A stretch of 64,000 bases of DNA from Camelus ferus (lineage: Eukaryota), in assembly GCF_009834535.1 (NCBI RefSeq), contig NC_045696.1:5208001-5272000 (forward strand), in the 5' to 3' direction. The translations under genes were made by a program, and so were the position numbers. The notes beneath the pieces are model-generated. The model saw nothing but the letters and a program-made list of their open reading frames with translations. It had not been told where the DNA came from and did not search any database. Below are positions 49,180 through 60,016 of the stretch, one piece after another. The stretch's first letter is position 1; each line of letters begins with the position of its first letter.

Positions 49180-49589
49180 CTGCAGAATGACCAAGCAACC
49201 CCACCTTACTCATCCGTGATTTGAATTGGAATCAAGTGAAACCTCCTTAACATGCCATTAATGTGCATTCTCACCCTAAACACAAGCCCTAAATAAGCTC
49301 TAACCCAATCACTTTCTCCCTCTCCAATCTTCCCTTACAATCATATTAGTTTATCAAGGTTAAATCTCAGGTTACATAAAATGTGTGCATTCAGAGGTAC
49401 ATAAAAGGGGCTTACCAGACTTGGGAAAAGATGACCTATGAAGTTAAAATCAAGCTTAGATGACCTATGAAAATGCCTACCTCATGCATGAGATGGTCTC
49501 TCACTGTCACTTGAAATGGAAACAGTCCGTACATGTCCCTCCAAACACAAGGATGGAGTGGAAGGTAGACAAGACAAGAATAAAGCGAG

Positions 49590-50020
49590 GAGCCAAAAAC
49601 AGTAGAAAAGAAGAGACAAAATTACTATTTACAGGACTATCTACTTGGAAATCTTTCAAGAATCTACTGAAAAATGACCGGATGTTCCATAGTTCAGTAA
49701 GATGTATAGTTCTAGAGTTAAATATACAGAGATCAGTAGTTTTCCTAGAAAATAGCAAAACCAGCCAGAGAATGCTCTGGGGAAAGATTCTATTTGGAAG
49801 AACAACAAAAACTCTGAAATACCTAGAAATAGAACAAAAGAAATGTGCAAGACCTATATGAAGAAAGATATATCTGTATCTACCAAACTTGACTGAAAAG
49901 GTCATAAAATGCTGTATAGACAATAAGATAAAGACATCAGTTCTTCTCCCCTCACTGTGCCCAGTTTAGTTATTAATTTAATGTAATTCTGCATTCCTGT
50001 GGCATTCTGTTTTTCTCTTG
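49590..50020 (+). mobile_element. Old L1 ORF2 reverse-transcriptase-region relic
   Basis: ORF 49460-49861 contains KEETKLLF...KNLLK...LNIQRSVVFL...KTLKYLEI, matching L1 ORF2p KEEVKLSLF/QNLLK/INVQKSQAFL/KRIKYLGI; the catalytic FADD motif is lost. Confidence 0.8.
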
Positions 50021-50329
50021 GATGTTCTGGTCTTGGATGACTTGAATAATTCTCTCTCATCGGGTCACGTGAGTGGGGTTTTGCTCATGGCAACCAAATG
50101 ACTAACTCAACCGGGGCTGCCCTTCCGCCTCTCGTGGGCCCATATATCTTGGGCTTGGCATCCTTTCATACATCTCCCTGCATCTTGCTCCAAATGAACT
50201 TCTGCATTTTCTTGCAAAAAAGGAAAGAAAAGTTTATTTTTTAAGCATTTTCCGCAGCTGTGACCGGCAGCAGCAATAGCTTTGGCCCCTGCTTGGCGTC
50301 TCCTCCCATTAACTGCCTCAGTTCAAGTC

Positions 50330-50450
50330 ACTTTGTTCTGACTCACAAGGAAAAGCTTCTGATTGGCAGAGCCCCATCTTGGGTCGGGCGCCCGCCGCTG
50401 GTCCAACTGGCTGTGACCAAGAGAAGCTGAGTCCCATGAACTGGATCGAG
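50330..50450 (-). mobile_element. Old MaLR (MLT1K/L-like) fragment
   Basis: ttctgattggc...cttgggtc...ctggtccaactggctgtgacc. Confidence 0.35.
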
Positions 50451-50589
50451 TTAGGAAAAAGGATATTGGTGGTGGAGCAATGGCTGACTCTTTACCTCAT
50501 GGGTCTACTATTAATGACCTTCCATTTATCAGACACCCATTTGAGCCATTTTAAATTCCTGACATGTTCCATCCACCTTGCCAAGTAGA

Positions 50590-50710
50590 TTTTATCACCA
50601 CCTTGATGGTAAAGAATCCAGCTGCACAAGGTAGATAACTTCTCTGAGGTCACTTGGCTGACCCGTAGGTCAGAAATGAATCCAGTTTTGAATCCTGAGT
50701 GCTGGGGTCC
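50590..50710 (-). mobile_element. MIR SINE fragment
   Basis: ataacttctctgaggtcacttggct...aatgaatccag. Confidence 0.5.
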
Positions 50711-51774
50711 TGTCTGCTGGCCGCCCAAGTCTGAGTATGAGAGCCATGCCCCCAGGCTGGGGGCCCCGTGGGAGGAGTAGCGAGTCGTGGCCTTGCCCAC
50801 TGGTAGCTTCCAACCTCCGTGTTTTACACTGTCACCCCCAGGCATACGTGTGTGAACACACACACATACAGCACACGATTCCTCCCTTTTGCATTATCTT
50901 CTGGTTAGTGGAAGGCTCTGCCTTGATCCTTGGTTAATTTCTGGCAAAGGAAAGAAAACGGCCGCCCCACAGCGGTGCGCCATGCTGTCCTAGAGCATCT
51001 CGGGATGCAGCTTCCATGTCAGGCTCTCACGTGACAAAGCGCAAACTCAAAGCCAGACTTGGGCACTGGGGGCTCCTGCCACCTGGGGCCACAAAGCAGG
51101 CACGCACCCAGCCCCCTGGCTCCCGACTCGGTGCAGCGCCCGCCCCATGTAGCAGGCCTCCCTCTCCTCACTGCTTACCCTTCGGGGTGTGGGAAGCAGT
51201 TTACCTACAAGGTTTGCAGGGGACGAGATGGGGTGAGGGAGAACCCACAGCTTCTGCAAACTGCAGATTGTGCTAAATAATCCTAGCAGGTAGCAAATCG
51301 CTACCTGAAGAGCGTAAGGCGCTCAGGGTGGGAGAGGGGGCGTTAGGGGCCACCAGAGAGCCACCGGGCCCGGGAGCCCCACAGGTGCGGAAAGCTGTAG
51401 GCACCTGCTGTGTGAGCCTGGGCGACACCCTTCCAACAGACGCAGCCCCCCTCCCACTTCTTGTTCTCCTGATGAGTCACAATTCTCCAGGGAACCTTCT
51501 GAATCTTTGCTCTTCCCCTCAGGGTCCAAGACTCTATTTCCAACATGGGAAGAAAACACATCTCCATTGCCAGTCAGCAGTTAGGACTCTCCAAATGGGA
51601 CAAGCAGGCTGAGAACAGGTCTCCCCTTCTCAGCAGGAGAGCTCCTCACAGAGGGCCCTGTTTCAGCTCTAACTCTTCTTAGAGGGAGAAGAAAACAAAC
51701 ACCTGGCCTGGAGTCCCTTCTAACAGTGGTAACTGCCCGCATTAATACAAGGGGAGAGACGGAGGCAGACACTG

Positions 51775-52057
51775 TAATCACACATCTTAACTCCATTTTA
51801 TTATAACATCAAGGAAAATAATTAGTTGCAGGAGGAATGATACTGGAGATAAACAGAGCTTAAGCCACTCACAACGGCACTGTCTACACCTTCCTACGAG
51901 GGTATAAATATCACGGGTCTCTACATGCATTGTGGGATGCTGGGTGCATGGGTACCAGGTGCAGGCGCTTTCTCTCTAGGGGGTTGGTTCTTTTAATTTC
52001 TTGACAGATGATGGGTGAATTTGGTGTCTTCTGGCAGACTAGGAAGGCGCTCTCCCC
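51775..52057 (-). other. PCP4: PCP4 3'UTR (3' end approximate)
   Basis: Follows the TAG; minus strand ccatcatctgtcaagaaattaaaagaa...gtgatatttataccct.gtaggaaggt.tagaca...ttttccttgatgtt.taataaaatg agrees with my recall of the mammalian PCP4 mRNA 3'UTR. Confidence 0.8.
51797..51802 (-). terminator. PCP4: PCP4 polyadenylation signal AATAAA
   Basis: Plus-strand tttatt ~255 nt past the stop codon; GU/U-rich gtgtctgcctccgtctctcc lies downstream on the minus strand. Confidence 0.85.
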
Positions 52058-52220
<163 letters not shown>

Positions 52221-53150
52221 CGAGCTGCACGCAGGAAGACAGACAGCAGCCCTGGAAAGCAAAGCCGCGGGTGCACCACGGGGCTCAAGCTCACCACCCC
52301 CAGCACAAGACCTAGTTTGCAAAGTACAGTGGAGCGTGTCCTGAGCCTCATCAGAGCTCAGAAGCAGCCGGCTTGAGGCTGCCTGAACTCTACACCTGCA
52401 AGGGAGGGACAAAGAAACTCAAGGACACGGTCTCAACCTCTTAGATACCTTGTGTGTGTGATTGTCTGTTTCTCACGGCCACATTTTACATAGAGTGTTA
52501 AAATGCCAGCTCTGCTGTTCCTTACCCCTGGTTGCTCACGTATAGGTAATGTAAACTGTGCTACAGACGTGGAGCTGATGGCTGGTGATGCTCACAACAG
52601 CTTGTGCTAACAAAGTCTCTGAGTTTCTGTGCACACATGCCTCTATGACTGATGAGATTTACTTAGTGAATCAGGGCTTGTGTTTCCATCATTGTCACAG
52701 GCAGATGACACCCTTTGACTTTCACAATTAGGCTGAACTCTCACAAGTCTTACACTTTGTTCCAAATGACGTGGGCTTAGCAATTCGTCTGCTAAGGCAG
52801 AAGACTGAGATCACTCACAGTTATGATCACTGAAAACAAGATACAAACCAAAGCGAGGTGATAACATGTGCTGATTGCCCCCTGTGCTGCGTAGCTTTCC
52901 ATCCAAATGCTGAACACAGACAAATAAACAAAGCCCTCTGGTCACAGAAGGGAAGAACCTTCAAAACTCCTTCAGTCCAGGGAAGGCTGATCATCAGAAT
53001 CGTCAAAGGCGGTTTTTTTAAATACAGACACGAGGACCCACCCCAGACCCAGGGCTGCCCCTCTGTATGGCCACGGCGGGAAGAGCTCCTGAGAACAAGA
53101 CCAAGTTAGATAGACCAGCCTCCCTGGGGACAGGGCCAAACAGCCGTACC

Positions 53151-53761
53151 TTTTTTTTTTTAATTGAAGTACAGTCCATTTACAATGCTGTGTTAATTTC
53201 TGATGGACAGCATAGTGATTCAGTTATACATATATATTCCTTTTCATATTCTTTTTCATCATAGGACATTACAAGGCATTGAATAAACTTCCCTGTGCTG
53301 TACAGTAGGACTTTGTTGTTTGTCTGTTTTATATATAGTAATTAGTGTCTGCAAGTCCCAAACTCCCAATTTATCCCTCCCCTCCCCGCTCCTCCCCACT
53401 GGTAACCATAAGTTTGATGTCTATGTCTGTGAGTCTGTTTCTGTTTTGTGAATAGATTCATTTGTGTCTTTTTTTTTCTTTAGATTCCACATATGAGTGA
53501 TATCATATGGTATTTTTCTTTCTCTTTCTGGCTTACTTCACTTAGTACGATGATCTCTAGGTCCATCCGTGTTGCTGCAAATGGCGTTATTTTAGTCTTA
53601 TTTATAGCTGAGTAGTATTCCATTGTATATACATATACTGCAACTTTATCCAGTCATCTGCCGAAGGACACTTAGGCTGCTTCCGTATCCTGGCTGTTGT
53701 AAATAGTGCTGCTATGAACACTAGGCTGCATGTGTCCTTTCGGATTAGAGTTTCCTCTGGA
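53151..53761 (-). mobile_element. 5'-truncated L1 (ORF2 end + 3'UTR), same strand as PCP4
   Basis: T11 tail, aattgaagtacagt..., ttcacttagtacgatgatctctaggtccatcc, gtaaatagtgctgctatgaacac; no clear TSD. Confidence 0.9.
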
Positions 53762-54235
53762 AGGCTCTCACATGATTCCAGGATACAGTCAGAACGGAGA
53801 TCCAGCTACTTGACTTGAGATGAAGTAACAAGCAAGGCCCTCAAGTTAATTCAAGGAAGAACTGGGGGCCAGAACCCACCGCTTGGTACCTGGGCTGAGA
53901 GCAACATAGACACCCTGGGCTTCCACACCTGGAGCAGAGGGGCCCCACAGCATGAGGGCACGTCCAGCTTGGGGACGGCAGAATCAGGGGCATTTGAGGC
54001 AGGAGAAGAAGCCCAGCCAGGGAGCAGGGACAGGGCTCTATTCCTGACTTTGTCACCAGACAGCATGAGTTCATCACTGAACCTAAATGTGGTCCAATCC
54101 TTCACAACCTGTCTCAGTGCCTCTGGAGGACAGTGCTCAGGCAGGACGCCCGGCACAGAGGGTCAGGACACTGGGATTACATATAAGTGAGGCAGGTTCC
54201 TTCTCTCCTGCTAACTCTGTCCTATTCTCTCTCTA

Positions 54236-54304
54236 TAGGTAGGTCGGCAGGTAGATAGATAGGCAGACAAACAGACAGACAGACAGACAGATGACAGATA
54301 GATG
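54236..54304 (+). repeat. Compound tetranucleotide repeat (TAGG/TAGA/CAGA)
   Basis: ggtagatagataggcagacaaacagacagacagacagacagatgacagatagat. Confidence 0.85.
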
Positions 54305-56574
54305 CCTCTGGCTGCCTGATTTCCTCTGCAGACCCTTCAGCAGGCTGCTCTCAATTTTCCCAGAGACCAAGCAGGTTGCGCCCAAGCCTTCCAACCCCGC
54401 CTCCATCTGGGAAGGGAGGACTTTATAATCCTCGCAGGACTGATCAGTCCGTGACCTAAATCACCTAAATCAGTAGAACTGTTTTCCTCTGTCCTAGATT
54501 GACTGCCAAGGCTCACAAGCGCAGAGATTTTGAGTGCGCTGATGTCTAGGGACTACTTGGGGTGATCTGTTTTAACCCATGAGATCCCAGATGATACAGA
54601 GAATACGTGGGGTTGTCTTTCATGGCATCGGGTAGCTGTTCGCCTTTCAATCCATACCGCAGGGCGCTTTCCTCAGAGATTCTACTGAGGGGCAGGACCA
54701 CTGGGAGGGACAAGTTTCCTGAGGCTCAAGTCCATCCTTTAAAAATATTTCCCTAACGTTATCCCACGAGCCTGGGACTGGAGCTCCCGTACCTGGCAAA
54801 CCTGAAGTGCAAATTACCCCAGCTCCCCTGCCCAGGCCAGGGAGGAAGGGCCGGACCTTCTGCACCAGGAATTGGCATAAGAGGCTTGGAGTCCCAAGTC
54901 CTTTTCCTCCCAAAGGAACCCTTGCGTCTGTGGTCCCATGGCTGCAAAGGGGCAGAACGAGCTCTGATTCGAAAGGCAACGGGAGATTTCTCTTTCAGAT
55001 TTAAAATGTGGCTGCAGCCTGAGGCTGCAGAACGGCCTGGTTCATCTTTTCCCTTTTATGATAATGGAAGAAAACAGCCAATATTATTTTTTGACAAATG
55101 ATGAATGAAGAGGCAGAAAATTATGTATATTTAGGGAATATATAATGAGACAGTAAGGACGGGTCATAAAAGTGAATTTCACAATTATGTCTTAAACTAA
55201 TATCTTCAGCCAAAAGTGATACATCAACTGCTTCCTCATTTGAAAAAATGTTCCAGGGTTTAAAACAGAAACCACTAATATTTCGGGAATCGTTACTTTC
55301 CCTTTACTTTGTAGAGTCAAGCATTTCTTGGGGGATGGTCTGCAGTTGTTAGTCCTTCCTCTGAGCTGACCAGGGATGTGCAAAGCAGGAGGGGGACCCG
55401 ATGGTGGTGGAGAAGGGACAACGAATTAGATTCAGTGTCACAGGGCTGAATGCAAACGATGTTAAGGCCGGAAGATGGCCCATGTGGTCCTGAGAGCTAG
55501 AAAAGCAGAGCTCTGAGCACCCCAGACTCAGCAGGAGCAAAGGGAGACGGAGGAGGGTGTCTGGAGGGAGCCAGCCAGGGCCACAGAGCCCCAGGCCCTG
55601 CACAAATCCCAGGCATCAAGCTGCTTGCCGAGGCTCCCCTCCCACGACCTAGGGCGATGGTGGCAACAGAGGGGTGCAGGGTAGCCGTATGAGAGGTCCC
55701 CTCCCCATCCCTCCAGGGCAGAGCTGGGGTGCCCACCGGCAGCACCAGCTGAAGCCCAGAGGCAGAACCTCAGCCACGCCTGCTGGGGACAGAAAGGGTC
55801 CTGGGGGGTGTGGCCCCTGCAGGGCGCACCCCATCCCCTGTCCCCACACTAGGGTTCCTCTCGGAGCAGTCACCATCCGATTTCACTTCTTGCTCTCCTC
55901 CCTGGTTTGTGGTCCTTCACCCCACCACAGCGTGAGCTCCATAAAGTCCCAGACTTCATCTGTCTGGTTCTAGCGGCTAGCACAGGACAGAGCAGGTGTT
56001 CAATGGGTCACCAATAATGACAAGTGAGTCCATTCATTAATGAGACAGGCAGCTGTCCAGTGCAGGCCTTCACCCGAAGGGCCACACCAGTGGCCCTTGG
56101 TGGTGACCGTTATATTTCCATGCAGCAGGCCTCGAAAGGAGGAGACTAAGAAGTTCCGTGGCCAGGACACAGGGAGCACCGCCCACAGGGGACGGGGACA
56201 CAGGGAAGAAGCTGGGAGGCCTCTCTCCTGGCTGGGAGACACGGCCACGTGGAATGACATCAGAAGGCGCTGTCTGAAGGGCTGCAGGAAACAGTCAGGG
56301 CCCTGGCGGGGAGACGGAGCACACAGGGGTGCAGAGGTGGGCACCTTCCCCGGTGACGGTGGTTCCCACGCCAGGGAGCTCTGGCCCTTGCAAGCCTAGG
56401 ACAGCGCCTGCCCCCAGCGCCAGGGTGAGGGGTAAATGGAAGGCAGGCCTCACATCATGCAGACAGCGCCCTCTGGCCTCCTGGGGGGGCGAGGCTGACT
56501 CCCCCCAACACTCAGACCCTCCCAACCCAGGTGAGGCAGCCAGCAGAATCAGGTGTGTGGGTTCAGGGTGGACT

Positions 56575-56670
56575 GGGGGGTGTCTCTGCCTGCTCTGTGA
56601 CCTCGGGAAAGTTCCTAGCTTCTCTGGGTCTCAGTTTGCTCATCTCAAAAATGGAGAAGTAAAATTATTT
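56575..56670 (+). mobile_element. MIR SINE core
   Basis: ctgtgacctcgggaaagttcctagcttctctgggtctcagtttgctcatctcaaaaatgg. Confidence 0.7.
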
Positions 56671-56999
56671 TTTAAAAGCCTGCTCCCCCAGCCACCAGCG
56701 TCACATGCAGATCAAGGCCATGGTGTAAATTAAACGCGGGCCCAGTGGTGTTGGGCAGGACTTGCCCTGCCAGAGAAGGATGTGGGCCATCACGTGGTTC
56801 TCTGGCCTGGCCGGAGCCCTGTGTCTGCTCAGCGGTGAGACTCTTGGAAGCTCAGGCCCCATTGCAAAGGGGAAAGGAATGCTTTCCCGTTCTGGCCACG
56901 CAACCATCAAACACAGCCAGGCAGGGGTGCGGCAGTTTCAGGCCCCGCCCAGGCTCTGGGGTGGCGGGTGGCATTCCCTGGGCTTGTGTTGGGATGGTC

Positions 57000-57420
57000 A
57001 CTGCTCAGCAGAGCAGGACACGGAGACTCCTACGCCTAAAGACCGGTGCAGCCCACGACTCCCGAGTCCTGTGGCTGGGCACCCGGGACAGGCGCAAAAG
57101 AGGGCTGAGACTGGTCTCCGCGGCTGGGGCGCCCGGCTCAGCACAGCGGCCCCAGCAGAAGGGGCGGCGGATCAGAGCGAGCCGTGCCGGGGACACAGCC
57201 GTCCTCGTGCCGGATCGCTCTGCGGCCCACCCCCACCCCTATCCTCTGCTGCCGCTTCATGAAGACGTCTGCCGGCTCACATGTGGCCGGGGTGGGCTGC
57301 ACCTGACAGTTTTACTTAGCACTCCCCGCCTGAAGGGAAAACGCACTGGCACTCAGTTCCTGGCGGTGGTTTCCCAGCCCAAGCGGGCAGTGTTTCGCCG
57401 GTGTGCTTTGTAAACTGCTC
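57000..57420. promoter_or_regulatory. CpG-island-like segment in PCP4 intron 2
   Basis: Hand count 32 CpG in 57001-57420; GC roughly 65 percent; obs/exp roughly 0.7. Confidence 0.5.
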
Positions 57421-58550
57421 AGGACCGCGCATGGCTGCTGTCCTTCGTAGCTCTCTCGGGCTCTGGAAGTTTATCATTTCTGTGTGTCCCCACCGTGAGG
57501 GGGCTCTGAAGCTGACCAGGAGAATGGTCTAGAGATTATCCATTCCCGTCGGCTGATTTAATATAGAGAGGGCTTGCTAACCGCCCTGGAGAATGGGAGG
57601 GAAAACAGCTTCCTGACTGTATGGCTCAGGAGGTGTGAGAGGGACCCCCAAACGGCCATGTTCTGTGTGCCTGAGGGGCAGGGCCCCCACGTGCCCTTCA
57701 GACTTCACCCAGACTGCCAGGTCTGTTACCTGGAGCACTGGGTCCCGAAGACACCAGGCAGTCTACGGATGTGAGGACCAGGATCTGTCAGGCAGGGCAG
57801 CAGACACGGTCCACACCGTCTACCTCTCCTTTATCCATCTATGTCACCAACCGTCTTCTCTCGCAGAACAAAAGGCAAGCTGCAAAGCAGCCCCAAGCCA
57901 CCAGACCTTCCTGCCTTTGAAGGGCAGAAACTCCCTCAAACAACCAAAGCACAGAGCTCTGCCGACAACGAGAGCCCAGTGGAGAAACGGCGCCCCCTGG
58001 GGCTCGGGACATCTGAGGACTCGGAAATGCCACAACCTCCCCACCAGGAAGCAACCCAGTCCTGTTCAGAGTTACATCCTGCACGGCTCTAGGTGTTTCT
58101 CATGCCACTTTCCTGGAATACTATTGCCTTTTCCTTGCAGAAGCCGAGACAGGAAATGGCTCTGCTGTTTGGCATTTTACGACATCATAAGAGAAATGTT
58201 CAGGTAGCCCTTCTTAAAGAGGTCACTGTAATAAGAACCAGTCTTCATGGAGCATTAAAGAGCTCCTCCCTCACAGACGTAAGTGGATTTTCTTTTACGG
58301 ACCATTTGACAGCAAATGAAAAATAGAGAATCGCAAATATTGGAGGAAGGAATTACTACGCGGTGAAGACAATCCCAAATGGATATTACGCGTCTCTGAT
58401 GTGGTCATGAAAATCCATCGAACGGGAAAACGGTCTGATGCACTAAAGTCCCGTTGGCGTGACTTGATTCTGATAAACACACAGTCTAGCACTAGAGGAG
58501 AGGTCATCAGATCAGCCTTACAGCCCACCAGCCGGCTCTTCCTGGGCACC

Positions 58551-58916
58551 TTTAGGAATCCGCAGGGCTGCCATGACAAAATGCCACAGACTGGGTGCCC
58601 TAAACAACAGACACTTATTTTCCCCAAATCCTGGAGCCTGGAAGCCCGAGACCAAGGTTTCAGATGACGTGGTTCCTCCTGAGGCTCCCTTCCTTGGCTT
58701 CAGTAGCCGCTTTCTGGCCATGTTCTCACATGAACTGGTCTCTTCCTCTTCCTTAAGGACGCCAGTTAGATTGGATTAGAACCCACTCTAACGATCTCAT
58801 TTTAACTGAATCATCTCTTTAAGGACCCTATATCCAAATACAGTCACATTCTGGGGTCCTGGGGGTTAGGACTTCAGTGTATATATTTGGGAGGAGACAC
58901 AGCTCAGTTCATAATA
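58551..58916 (-). mobile_element. MaLR LTR, MLT1B-like
   Basis: agggctgccatgacaaaatgccacagactggg...atccaaatacagtcacattctgggg...gttaggacttca...cagttcataata. Confidence 0.85.
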
Positions 58917-58999
58917 GCCCCTAATCTAATTTCGGGGCCTTATAGGTTTTAAAGGAGCTTTGTATTCTGTGTCTCATCTGGCATCTGCAGGAAACATCC

Positions 59000-59115
59000 A
59001 CTGTCCCCATTTTACAAAGGCGCAGAGACGGTAATGTGCCTTGCCAGAGAGCATCCGGTGAGTGGCGGCCAACGGCTGATTCAGAATTCCTGTCTTGCTC
59101 CAAATCTTGTTTTTC
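59000..59115 (-). mobile_element. MIR SINE fragment
   Basis: gtccccattttacaaagg...gtgccttgcc...tgtcttgctccaaa. Confidence 0.55.
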
Positions 59116-59972
59116 TTCCCTGGTCTATCATTACTTGCAGTTCCTTAGACATAGGCCAGGAGGACAGCCTTCTGTGTGGACCAGTTCACGTGGCTCAGGG
59201 GAGAAAAGAAACTTAAACAGTCCAAGTGGAAACACATGGTATGGTCTACCAGCTTGGAAAATCTGCCCGTTTACCAGGCGGTCCAGGAGAATTTACACCC
59301 AATTCCATCACTCAGCAAATGGCCTGGAACGTCTTGACTGGGCCCTTCACTGTCTTAGGAGCTGGGAGAGAGCTGGGGACACACACAAGACCCTGCTCTC
59401 CTGGGAAAAAAAAAATTAGAAGGTAAATGCACGGATAAGTAACAGAATTTCTGAAATTCCACGAAGAAAGCAGGGTGCTAAGCGGGAGAGCGGGTGTGCA
59501 TGCTTTAAGTGGTCAGGTCCGGCCTCTGGGACGGAGGCGGATGTGGGGCAGAGGCCTGTCCCCCAGGGGAGCCTAAGGCCCACCTGCCAGGGTGGGAGAG
59601 GTGGCAGATGCCCTTCCTCCCCGAGAAACAACACTTTTTGAAAAATTATTCTTCACTTTTTGAAAAAACTATTTTTCACCCATGCATTTATAATCTAAGT
59701 GGCAGTCTTCAACCCATTAGCATAAATTCTTCGGAAATTAACAGACATCCGGTCGTCCCGGGCATAGCAGCGCTATTCATGGACCTGCAACAACTCCGGG
59801 TAGGATTTTAAAAGTTTGAAATCCAGCGTCGTTCTAAAATACGTCATGCCGAGCCACACGCTTGATCACAGGAACTCAAATATATCAAATATATTTGTTT
59901 CTATGCTTACAATGATGTAAAGTCATTGCCTAGTCATACTGGCAGTAAGTCGTGAACACAGGGGCGTGTGAG

Positions 59973-60016
59973 CACACACACACACACACACACACGCAGA
60001 CACACACACACACACA
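59973..60016 (+). repeat. Interrupted (CA)n microsatellite, (CA)11-CGCAGA-(CA)8
   Basis: Directly visible. Confidence 0.95.

Noticed and set aside
56745-57413. 222-aa and 166-aa overlapping ORFs (also 57635-58207 and 61860-62609)
   Set aside because: GC-rich stop-poor sequence, no recognisable domain, multiple overlapping frames, intronic location; two of them rely on non-ATG starts or repeats
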